Below are positions 14,676 through 27,000 of a stretch of 64,000 bases of DNA, in pieces (position 1 is the first letter of the stretch; every line of letters begins with the position of its first letter). The position numbers were made by a program, and so were the translations under genes. Source of the stretch: Polymyxa betae A26-41 (taxonomy: Eukaryota; Protista; Endomyxa: Phytomyxea); assembly GCA_003693705.1 (NCBI GenBank), contig RBZT01000672.1:178838-242837 (forward strand). The letters run 5' to 3'. The notes beneath the pieces are model-generated. The model had not been told where the DNA came from. It saw only the letters and a list, made by a program, of their open reading frames with translations, and did no database searches.

Positions 14676-14705
14676 ACACCTGTATAAATTAAGTGTATTA
14701 CTCTT

Positions 14706-17700
14706 TTACAATGCCTTCAGCTTCGTGAAATATTGCTTGTTGAGAACAAAAGCTGCTCTATGTCGGATAGCTCGCTGCAGTTGGCTGTTCTTGTAGGCGT
14801 ATCCAATCAGTAATGCAATCCCAATGAGCATGGCAGTCATGGCGATTACAAATGTCTCAACTGCTGTTTGGAGTGGAGGATTTGTGACGAATACGAGAAA
14901 TTCAGTTGACAGTTCGCAATAGGATCCTTGTCTGATTGAACGAAATATTTGACATTTCATTGGATCACATACCTTGAAGAACAACAATACGGAAATGATA
15001 AAGTCCTTCACCACTCCACCGAATCCCAGCATTTTGCGATTGATCTATAATGTAAGGGCTGGTATTAATTAAACATGTAGTCGAGACTGAAGCGACAGTG
15101 GTTAGATGAAAGTCAAGGGTATTGATCAACAACCGACCTGAAGTGCAGAAGTCGTCGCGCCCATTTAGTTCTATGATTTTAAACGGCTCGGTGCAAGTAG
15201 CGATAGCTTCGTCTCCATCTAATATCAGAACTGGTACTTTAAACAAATCGCCATAAGCTGCTTCCGGCACCTGTTGGAACGTGATCAGCGCAAGGTGATT
15301 TTCGAAGGCTCTCAGAAGTACTTCTTGGATGCAATCTGTCTGTGTGATAGGAGTCATAGAGCCTCCAGATGTGGTACAAATACAGGAGTCTGTTCCCAAT
15401 CCAGTGCAGTTCTTATACTTCCCAGTTATCTGAGATATCCTCATAAACTCTGTCCGAGTTTTGTTTGGGTCGGCATTGTATATATTCGGGCTAATAGGAA
15501 CCCCAAGGCCTAATCGGTATGATTCGGTGCTTGGTTACATCACGTCAACCGCTGTACCTAAAGCTGATGGAGAACGGTAGTTTATAGGTAAAGTCAGCAT
15601 ATTCGTGTTTATTTGCGCCATGTCGAGGATTATTGCTTTACCAGGAGGACAACCCATTATGAAATGAGAAAATGTTGGCAATGACGCTGGATTGCATTGC
15701 ATCGAGCTGGATTTAGTTCCAAAAATGGCTGTTGCGATACAATTGTTGCAGGTTCCAACATCAGTGAACGTGAGAGAGACCTTCACACCTGAAGTGATAT
15801 CAGATGTGCAGCAAACGAAAGCCAATAAGCGGACCATTGACACCCAAATCATCGTCGAATGAGGCAGTTTGCAATTGGACCATCGCGTTAGAACTTTGGA
15901 TTCCTAGACAGTAATTTAGCTTTGAGTTTCAAGTGCATGCAAAGGACGCTGACCGAATAAAGACAACTGCGGCTTGGATTTGTATTCAGGCAGGAAAATG
16001 GAAACATTTGCAGACTCATCCAGGTCTAAGTGCTGATACGATGATGGTTTCACAACCGCTCTGTCATCATATGGACATGCTGGTATGTTAAGTGCGAACG
16101 AACGCTAAAAAACCGATTAGTTTTACAGCATCGGGGCACTTTGGGAATACCTTGGCGATCCTAGAAATATCAGGCATAAATGATAAATCAGCATCGACAT
16201 CAGTCGCAATCATGCTCCACTCTCCAGCTTGATACGTCCGGTTGCCTTGCAATTGGGGAGAATTCGCACCGAGCGCACACTCGACGGTCTGGGTGGAGAT
16301 GAAGCTGGTAATAACGCCCCATATCGCATCTAGCACGACTATTTGTCCAACAAATTGCTTTTTAAATGAAAACCTAGGATACTTAAAAAAACTCCTGACG
16401 TTTAACAAAGCACCCACGTTCCAGAGCTGAGACTTAATCGGAAATATGATGGATAAGAGGTTGTCATTAATTGAAGGCTTTGTTGACCAACAACAGCTTC
16501 GTTGCGATATGGTCGAGAATCCCATATTTTCCAATCACCTGCAGCTGACGACAGACGTGATGCAGCAGATGCAGGAATTATGACAGCTGCGCCGATTTGT
16601 GTTGCGTTTATATATCTCTTTCGTAATTCAGCAACACATTTGTTCACTTGGTAGGAAGATTACGTTGATTAAGAACACTGCGTCTTTGATCCAAACTGTG
16701 CAAAACAGATGTGCTTGCAACCATCCTTCACTGGTTCCATTGACAATTTGGTTAAATGTGCCTGCAACATGCAATACGACGGCTGAAGAATTGATTACAG
16801 TCACCGATAAGTCGAAATTCGTGATCCCGAAAAGCGAATGCGATCTAAATTGTTTTTGTTGGTAATATCGATAAGAATATAAAATGAAAAAATTACAAGG
16901 AAGAATGTCCTAGCGGTGATGAAGACGAATCAATCCCTGACAGCTGCAAATAACCCATATCGATATCATATGCCCATTCCTGTGTCTGTTAGCAATAAAT
17001 GACACAGGGGGTTCTGTTCGTACTTGCAGCGACGTGTTCCACCTATCGACAAGCAAGTAGCGAGGATCAGAAGCAAATCCAGAATAACTGGGAATGGGAA
17101 CTAGAATCAGGTGCCTTTTGAGTCTGGAGTCACAATTTTTGCAGCATATTCGTACCTAAAAATGTATTTACAGCGGATGGCAGAAATTTGACTGATGTGA
17201 ACCGTCGTAGCCAAGAAGCACCGATATACGAACTTCTTGGAATGAATATATGTAGTCGCTTAGCTTTCGAATTAATGTACGTTAAATGAAGCAGATCCGA
17301 CTGAAGACGATCAGATACGTATAATGTAAGCAAACGTGAAAATACACTGTCAAACCATAGATACATATTGCTTGATGATTGGGAATTTCCTATATAGCAA
17401 GGAATGACGAAATCCAAAGAAGTTCTTCCACAATAAGCAATGTCATTGGTTAGATCGTTGATAGCGAATGCTGTTGAAGTTGAGCTGGACGTGATTTGTA
17501 TCGATTTCGGCTTAGGTCCGGGGAACGATATGGTTGTGAAATATTGTCCATCGTCACGAGCAATCCAGAGAGTATCATCTGCAAAAATCTATCAATGGAG
17601 ACGGAGATCAACTAAAATATTACCGATAAAGACAAACAGGCCATGCCCATAAGCAAATGGTGTGATTACTGGCACTGATGAATTTTTGCGATGGCCCTCG

Positions 17701-19403
17701 AAGATAAACCCAGTTTGGGAGATTGAGGTATATGAGTTCGTTATCAAGCTCTTGAAATTGCCTCCAGCTCTAATAAGGCTAAATGTAATGTTACGATTGG
17801 GTAAAGATATAGGAGTTGCAAGAATGCTGTTGCTCAAGTTCATCAATCGGCATGATTTTGCTTGGCAGGAATATGTCTGAAACGGATCGTTGACGGTTCC
17901 ATTCCAGGCAGAGAGAAATATGAACGACCTGAAAGCATTGCTAAATTGTTCGGCATCGGGACATCAGCCCGCTTACGTTCGCTTTACCATGTCGGGGATT
18001 GGGCACTGAGATATGCTACCAATAACAGCATGGGTTGCTGTATAATTCAGAACTCGACTAATTGTGTTCGGAGAAGTAAGCGACAGCACGAACAACGATT
18101 CATTAGTAGCAACGACGAGCTCCTCTAGAGCGAATCGTGCATCCAAAATTGTGCCCGGGATAAGAACACTTTTTCATCGTGAGCAAACGAAGCGATAGTA
18201 TAGCGGTCTGACAAAACCTAAAATCTTTTGAGGTAACAAATCTATCTCTCGTAGCAATTATATGTGATGGACTGAATTCAACACACGCCAATCTAGAGCA
18301 CGGATGGCAGGTTATCTGACTGCGAGTCGGCAATGGCGCTCCAGTACGTAGAACTTCGTCTGAAGTCACGTTCGTTTGCACCGGCCATCTGTCAACATTT
18401 GAATGTTCCGAGAGAGCGATTATCATAGAAGATTACAGGGGTTCCAATAGCGGGAATAGCGAAATCGTGATCCGAGTTTCTTGAACAGGATCGCCCAGTA
18501 ATGAGGACTTTGTGACAGTGACAGTGATTGCGTTGATGGAAGCCTTCCCAGAGATTGTCGCTGTCCAGGCCTTTAAAGTTTCATTGTATTGAACATTATC
18601 GATGTTGAGCGTGGAGTCAGATAATGATATGTTTGGGGTTTCACCTGAAATTCACTTCAGTGAAGTTTTCCCTGAAAATCCATTTTGAAACACCATAATC
18701 TGCAAGCTGGTTGGTCAAAAATTTTGCTTCTTCCAGGGAATTGATTTCAGGATCCCAAACGCGAATGGGTAGAATCGCAAGGAATCTGGTTGAAGTGCTT
18801 GGATACGTAATCGAAATTATCTCTCCATGGTGTGTTAGTGTCTTCTCACTGCTTCGATATAAATATGACTACAAACTTATCATTATCTTCAGTACATAAT
18901 GGAAATACGTAAGACCTGGAGTTTCTTCTCTACGAAAAAGGCTTTAGTCTTGAAGGGCGACGCCCTGCCGGATGCAGTTAGCGTCTGCTCTCCGAAAGCA
19001 GCATTAGTTGCTGTAATTTTAATACGTTTTAGACCAGTCGAGTGCAATGAAAAGTAATGCATGGTCTGAGTCGAATTGTGAACCTATCCAGCTTGTTATA
19101 AGGATCACCATGCAGCAGCATTGCACATTACTGCGAGGAAAGGTGGCCCATCATCATCAAACGATTCGATTGTGAAATACAACGGCAAGTCATCGTCGTC
19201 ATACGATAGTCTCAGATCCAGAGCAATCTACCCGAGTTCAGTGCTCTGTTGTTAGATTCGAAATGAGAAGTGACCGTAGAGTCTGTTGTTATCCTGTCTG
19301 TATATCGTGGATACACACTAGCAGCTATATGGGGCTCCGCTCCACACCATCCTATATACACTATTGCAATGATAGCTAGAGATTCACATACGCGTCTCTT
19401 CAT
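14706..19403 (-). CDS. CATSPERB: CatSper channel auxiliary subunit beta-like protein: signal peptide, large extracellular domain and C-terminal TM
   Basis: Spliced sequence LPINYRSPSALGLGVPISPNIYNADPNK..ISQITGKYKNC..CIC..TDCIQEV..IIELNGR..WSGEGLYHFRIVVLQGSYCELSTEFLVFVTNPPL, followed by a TM. It aligns colinearly with the recalled human CATSPERB C-terminus (LPINYRPPSNMGIAIPLTDNFYHADPSK..SKKTGKFKQC..CNC..SDCREKV..VTEVNMR..IKGSELFHFRVTVISGVTFCNLIEEFQIYVDEAPL + TM). N-terminal signal-like MKRRVCESLAIIAIVYIGWCGA. Confidence 0.8.
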
Positions 19404-19860
19404 TCTAAAGCAAAACCATCTGTCAAGGCCATGACGGTTCCGAGACCCGTAACAACTAGTCATAGTGATGCTATCTTCAATGTTGCAAGCTCCAAAATGT
19501 CCCATGCTCGGATCCTAACTCTGGCGTTCAAATGTCATAGCCAAAATTCCGATTTGGCTTCCAGCTGGATCAGAAAGAATTCTGCAAAGTCATCCGAAAC
19601 CAAGAGCATACGATATCATAACATATGATGTCAATTGAACAGTTTTTATACGTCCATTCAGTATAACAGACTGGCTTATCTGCAGCAGGGAAATTATCTT
19701 TGACCTACATTTCCACGTTGTGGGCTGCGCACCCTGCGCTTTGCTGTACTGAAGTGCGCTACGGACCGGGCGCGCACCTCACCAACTCTTCTCCCTCTTT
19801 CTGGAGACCGATTTCTACCATCGCATTGGCAGTGTCCTTCTATCTAGACCTTAATCTATA

Positions 19861-21963
19861 ATGAAGGTGAGTGCATCGATGTCCTGTTTGCGATTGCTGT
19901 TGATGCTGACTGCAACAGCATATGATGCGAGGCCAGCCGTCCCTGTTCAAAGCAGGGACCAAGCATTTATCTGGCGTCACCGATGCTGTCATGCGAAACA
20001 TTGAAGCATGCCGGGCATTGGCCAAGATGACCCAGACCTCTCTGGGTCCGAACGGAATGAACAAGATGGTGATTAACCATCTTGATAAATTGTTTGTTAC
20101 TTCGGATTCGGCGACGATCCTGAAAGAAACTGACATCGAGCACCCGGCTGCAAAAATGATGGTCATGGCTGCTAATCAGCAAGATTACGAATGCGGCGAC
20201 GCCAGCAATTTTGTTATTGTACTTTGCGGTGATTTGATGACCAAAGCCGAGGGTCTTCTACGAATGGGCCTTCACCCAGCAGATATCGTTCGAGGATACA
20301 CCAATGCTGGTGCTAAGGCATGTGAGATTATGCAGTCTCAAGGCTGCCATACACAAGGTTCAGATACATCGACGCCTTTATCTTAGTTGTTTTTATTCAC
20401 TCTGTGTTTCAGCGTCGTACACTGATGCCAAAGATTTGGCTGCCGCTTGCTATGCCGCTATTTGCGCTAAGCAATACGGAAATGAAGAAGCGATTTGCAA
20501 CTTGATTGCGACAGCCTCTGCTGCTGTTATGCCTGCAAAGCCGTCCAGTTTTAATGGTATTTTTTTCACTGTTGATAAGTTTATTCTCATCTTCTTGCAG
20601 TCGACAACGTTCGAGTTTGCAAAATCCATGGTGGCAGTTTGCAGCAAAGCGAAGTGGTAATGGGCGTCGTTGTCGCTCGTGCTCCGGACGGCACCGTTCA
20701 AGATGTCGAGAAAGCGAATGTCGCTGTGTTTGTTGAATCTATCGATGTCGCCAACACGGACACCAAAGGTTTCGATTTTACACATTCTCATGCTTAAGCT
20801 CAATGTTTACAGGAACTGTGGCTTTGAAATCCGCCGAAGAGCTACTGAACTACAGCCTCGGTGAGGAGAATCTCATTAAGAAGATGATCGAGAACTTAGT
20901 TTCGATTGGATGCAATGTTGTCGTGACCGGAGGCAAAATTTCCGAAATGGCTTTGCACTATTTAAACAAGCATAACATCCTCGCTGTGTAAGCTCAACTT
21001 CACAGCCTCTGAATATCCACCGCTTATGCCTGTTTTTAGTCGAGTACTTTCGAAGTTCGAGCTGCGACGACTGGCTCGGTCATTAAAAGCGAATTTGAGC
21101 TTAAGCATCAACACTCCGATCACCAAGGACGATCTCGGTTATTGCTCTCGTGCTTATCGCAGGTCCGATTATTTTCTGTAATGATCTTTCTATTGTTTCT
21201 CATTCGATTATAGAGACATCGGTGCTCAGAGCTGCACCTTATTCGAACAGATTTCCGCAGATGGTGATGCCGTTTGTCAACGAAGCGCTATTAGCACCAT
21301 CATTCTGCGCGCCTCAACAGAAAACACCTTAAACGATTACGAACGTGCCATCGAAGATGGTGTCAACGTTGTTCGTGCGGTATGATATTTGTTTGCGATA
21401 TAATCGTGGTTTCATCTTATGTAAAAGGCATGCAAATCGCCCGAGTTTACTGCCGGCGGTGGTGCTTGTGAAATTGCTGTCGCTTCGCAACTGCTGTCGT
21501 ACGCCACTAGCTGTGAAGGTCTCGAGCAGTATGCCATCAAAGCGTTCGCTGAAAGTCTGGAAATCTTCCCACGAACGCTTGCCCAGAACGCTGGTCTAGA
21601 TGCCACCAAGATTCTTGCCAAGGTAAATCATGCTTTCTCTCTCGTCACTTTTTGTCTTAGCGTAATGCTGCAGCTGTATTCGGCCCATGAACGAGGTGAC
21701 AGTTCCGTTGGTGTTGATATTGAAGGTGGTGATATCGCCGATATGAAGGCTCGTGGCGTATTGGGTATGTTTGCTGAGCTGCCAAAGAGCGTTGCCAATA
21801 AGATTATTTGTTAGACCATCTGGAGACGAAATTGAACGCTCTGAAGCTCACCACTCATGTTGCGACAACGATTCTATCGGTGGATCAGATTATCATGGCG
21901 AAGCCAGCTGGTGGACCCAAGATGCCAAAAGGACAAGGACACTGGGATGACCAGGAAGATTAA
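19861..21963 (+). CDS. CCT8: T-complex protein 1 subunit theta (CCT chaperonin)
   Basis: RNIEAC..LAKMTQTSLGPNGMNKMVINHLDKLFVTSDSATIL.E..IEHPAAK, SKFELRRL and VDQIIMAKPAGGPK. The first exon ATGAAG is followed by a gtgagt intron. Confidence 0.95.
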
Positions 21964-22267
21964 ATAAACACTGTCTTAATTGACTTGACCCTTAGATCAA
22001 ATCTGGTATTTCTATTTCACTGGAATACGATCCATTTCGCTCCAAATTGCCTCATGAAGAATTAGATATATCCTCTTGAGCTCTATCTATATAACGGCTC
22101 TGGACAGAATCGATTGAAGTTGTCAAAGGAAGGCTCTACAAAGCGACATGAACATCACGCTTTTAGCCTGTACGGAATCCGTTAAATAGTCCGGACATTT
22201 TCGTGAGAAAAATTTCGTGCCGTTCTCACTTCGTTTAACGCTCTTTCGGTGCATAATAGAGCCTCCC

Positions 22268-23971
22268 ATGTCTAGCAATCGACGTCACGATCGTAGTCGT
22301 AGCCCGGACGGCTTGCGAAGCGCCTCTCGACGACGTGATGAGAGCGACGCGAGGGATGATGATGAAACGTCGAGCCGCCCCGCCCTGTCCCTAAAGACCA
22401 AGAAAGCGGACAAATGTATTTTTTTTCTGTTTTCGTTGTATTTGCGATTTGCATGATGGTTTCCACTTTATTTTTTTTTAAGTATTGAAACATGCCTATT
22501 AGCTGTTGAGAATGACGATACCCTCTATGAGACTTCCGCCGCCGTCGATGTCGTCCCATCGTTCGACGCCATGAACCTGAAGCCTGAATTGCTTCGGGGT
22601 ATCTACAACTACGGATTCGAACGTCCTTCCGCCATTCAGCAGCGTGCCATCATCCCCATTCTACAAGGTTGTTTGGTGAATTATCTGACCTTCATCGACT
22701 TATACAATTGTTAGGAAGAGATGTGATTGCTCAATCGCAATCCGGAACAGGAAAAACCACGATTTTCTGTGTCGGTATTTTACAGGCAATTGATACAAAG
22801 AAGAAGGTTGACTTTTTTCTGCTGTTTTCGAATTGTTTCTGATTTTTTTGTCAGGACCTTCAAGCTCTGGTGTTATCACCTACTCGTGAATTGGCCGAAC
22901 AATCACGTAATGTTATGTTGGCATTGGGTGATTACATGTCGGCACGATGCCATGCATGCATCGGCGGTAAATCTATTGGTGATGATATCAGGGCTCTGGA
23001 AGCCGGCGTCCATGCCGTCTCTGGTACGCCGGGTCGAGTTTACGACATGATCAAGCGGTAGAGCTCTGCTTCGTTCGATTGTATGATATTCATGGATATC
23101 ATAGGCGCTGTCTTGAAACTCGCAATATCAAGATGCTTGTTATCGACGAAGCTGATGAAATGTTGGGTCGAGGTTTTAAGGAGCAGATCTATGACATTTA
23201 TCGGTATCTGCCACCCACTACCCAGGCAAGTTGCTAATGCGTCGAATCTGCTGGTCCTAATCAGGGTCTTAGGTCGTACTAATCAGCGCTACGCTGCCTC
23301 ACGAAGTTTTGGAGATGACGACCAAGTTCATGTCAAACCCGGTCCGAATTCTGGTGAAGCGTGATGAATTGACGCTGGAAGGCATCAAGCAATTCTTCGT
23401 TGCCGTCGAAAAGGAAGAATGGAAATTCGATACGTTGTGCGATTTGTACGATACTCTGACCATCACGCAAGCCGTCATTTTCTGCAACACCAGACGTAAA
23501 GTCGACTGGCTCACCGAGAAGATGCGCGAGGCGAACTTCACGGTTGTCTTCTGGGAATCGATCGTTCTGCTAATCTCACGGTATATTGTAGGTCAGCGCT
23601 ATGCACAGTGATATGCCTCAATCCGAACGTGATGCCATCATGACTGAATATCGATCTGGCAAAAGCCGTGTGCTTATTGCAACTGACATTTTTGGCCGCG
23701 GTATTGATGTGCAACAGGTTCGCAACATCCGTTTGTTGGTCGGTCGCTTGATTCTAACATTGTCTTCTAGGTGTCGCTTGTCATCAACTATGATCTTCCG
23801 AACAACCGTGAGTTGTATATTCACCGCATTGGTCGTTCTGGCCGTTTCGGCCGTAAAGGTGTTGCAATCAATTTCGTCAAGAATGAAGATGTTCGCATTC
23901 TGCGCGATATCGAACAGTTCTATGGTACACAAATCGACGAAATGCCAATGAATGTTGCCGATCTGATCTAA
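22268..23971 (+). CDS. EIF4A3: DEAD-box RNA helicase eIF4A-III (exon junction complex core)
   Basis: [112 protein letters not shown] and [11 protein letters not shown]. Confidence 0.95.
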
Positions 23972-24057
23972 GCCAAATCGATAAACTTTTAATCAGTTTC
24001 TTTCACTGCAGCTGAATGAATATAACGCTTTATCCATTATACATTAAATACTGTATT

Positions 24058-27000
24058 CTATCTAGGTGAATTTAAACTGTTGTTTCGGCTCTCTCTTATC
24101 CTTCTCCTCTCTTCGTCTTGCTTGATATGATTGTTCATGCGTTGTTCGATTACGATTTTTAAGCTCTTCACGAACTCTGGATGATCCGCAAAAATATGGT
24201 TAAAATCACTTTTCGAAAGGGTCAAAAGTAAAACCGGTTCAACAGCCATGATTGAAGCTGTTCTTACAGCATTTGTTAACATCGCCATTTCACCGAAACA
24301 CGCTCCTTGCGTAAGAAATTTGGCGGGCTTCGTATCGTCTTGAAAGATCAGCCCGACCTTTCCTTTAAGAACGAAATACATGCTTTGAGCCGTATCGCCT
24401 GCCTGTACTTTCTAGTCAGCATAACATGTTCATAAATTTGAAGGGTGCCTGACCTGGAACACATTCTGGCCAGCTGGAACTGAACAGAACCCTAAATAGC
24501 CAACGACTTCGTGTAGAAACTCTTTGGACATCGTTTCGAAAAGTGGTGCTTTGGAAAGCAGTTTACCACAAATATGCATCATGATATCTTGACGTAATGA
24601 TTGAGGCAGGTCCTCTAGGACCCGATCATGGTCAATTCCGTCAGAAGATTGCCACTTTGAAAAAAGTCAGAAAAATGGGATAACTGAGCGCATTGCTGAC
24701 CTCATGCTGCATGTAGCGGAATGATTCTGTCTTGAGCTCACCAGGAACATTAAATCTATCCAGAAGCGATTCCAATCGACGGACACGACGATGAAACATC
24801 GAAGAACTCAGATCAATGTCGGTGATCTGGACAGAAACATGGCCTGGCACACGCTTTTGAAGGAATTCACGGAGGATATCAGTGTTCTTACCGATAAAAA
24901 ATGCTGTTACAAACAATCCCAGAATGCTACAAATAATAGTGAAAAGGAGTTCAGCATCGGTTTCTGGTCGGATAGTGGGACCAAGGCGCAGAAGCATTTT
25001 AAACGAGAACAGCGCTGCTCTGCAATATCGCGAGAATAAAGGATCGGATTCTGTCAAGAACGCATTCAATCAATCAATAAGTTCGGCACCGGATATAACA
25101 GACCGGTGATCTCTTTCGGAATCCGAAATGAGCTTGACGATGAAGACCCTTGAAGTCGATCAAACATAAGATACCTAAACGCATATCGTTAAAAAAAGTC
25201 CACAAATGCTTAAGACCTGAGATTACGAGCAGGACACCAGATGCGTCAGCATGGTGAAATAAACAAAAAGAGCGATGAGTTGAGCCAGGCTCCGTTGCAG
25301 ATAGAAATTCAGCTGATAGCGAAGCAAATTGTAGAGTTGCGGAAATCGCAGCAGCTTGTTCGCGTACGTCCAATAGATACTCGGGGCAATCCAGTTGAAG
25401 GGAAGAGACGACAACGCCAGCCATCTGAAATCGGTCGACCTCAAATAGCTGCGCTCGAGCTGGCGTGGATCCGTTTCCGAGGCGCCACTGCGTTTCAGTG
25501 TCCAAAGCCGAAATCGTAGAAGGACATCGACAATCAGAACAAGATCGAAAACGTAATTGAAGATAAAAATAGACGTGAAAGCCGTAAAGTTCCAGTTTGA
25601 CAGAAACATCAGCGGAAACCGAAATATGTTGAAATTGACAACCAGCATGACGACATTCTGCCATCTGAACCGATAGTTAATTCGCTGTGAATTGTTCTTG
25701 TCGTTTTGTACCTGATCCAATATGGGTGCATCGGGTTGATTGCCGAATACAGAAAGAAGTAAGAGACCTTCCAGAGATAGTAACGAAGACCTTGATGACG
25801 AGCTCCCATGAATATAACCATCATTCTTATCTTCGCCCAACGTTTCCGAGTTGCCTAAAAATATAAAGTGTTTAATGGATCTCAATGGACCGATGCTATA
25901 CACAAACCTTCTGGTTTCCGATGGCTACCGCTTCCGAATTGATATGTTCAATCTGGGCGGAGATCACGACAAATTGAGCATTGAATTCCTCCAGCAAGAT
26001 GGCATAATCTGCGGGATACAGACGAGCAATATCCATCAGCTTAGTTCGGGACAATTCATAGATCTCGCAAAACGATAGAGTCTATGCAACAGCTCAGCCA
26101 ATGCAGTGCATCAGAGAGATATCGATACCATAGCAGAAGTGGGATATGGAGTTGAGGACAATGCAGCCGATTCACCGAATACGCTTCCGGTACCAAGGAC
26201 GCCAATCCGAGATACTCGCCCGAACTTATCACGATAGAGCAACGCAACGCCGCCGCTTTTGATGAAAAACAGATTGTACGAATTGCTCGATTGCTGATAA
26301 AGCATTTCTTCTGCAATCTATAATAGCAGCTCGGAATAGTTCGTGATGATGGGTGGTCTGGGGACTCACTGTAAACCGTTGCCGAAGCCCACAGATCACA
26401 GCTCGAGCAGCTGCCGGCGATAACTGCTTCAGCCAGACCAGATTATGCAGCATATCCTGCAGCACATACGTCGTGATATTACAGCGAATCTCCAACGGAA
26501 GATTGGTCAGTAATTCGTTATTCATGATGCCGATCTGTTTGGTTCCTGATTAAAAAGTTCAGCATTGCAGCTCTTTTGGGATTTGTCTCGTACTGATGAA
26601 CTCGTAATATCGGCGAACTTTGATTTGGATATTGGACGGGATTTGGTATTTCCTAAATCGATATCGAATCAGAGGCAGCATGAAGCTGGAGAGAAGACAA
26701 AACAAACCGTAAGAATTTCTGGCAGTAATACCATCGACGTTCGTTTTCTGCCGCAGAGCTGTCCACCGAATGCAGCAACGTTTGCAACGATCCGACCTGC
26801 ACGGCTCATAAATTGGGGACCTTGGCCAATATCGTGAACGCATACCATGTAAGATAACAGAACGATGGATATGAGAGAGACGGCCAACGAGAAGACGGTC
26901 CCCAAAGACGTGCTCGGCATGGCGATCGTCGACTCGTTGAACATGAGACCGATAGCAAAATACAGCGAATAAAGGTACTGGGTGACAATGGACGAGTCCT

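Noticed and set aside
14706-19403. HAP2/GCS1 or viral class II fusogen as the identity of the large Cys-containing type I membrane protein
   Set aside because: No HAP2 Cys/fusion-loop motifs were recognised. The C-terminal third instead aligns motif-by-motif with CATSPERB.
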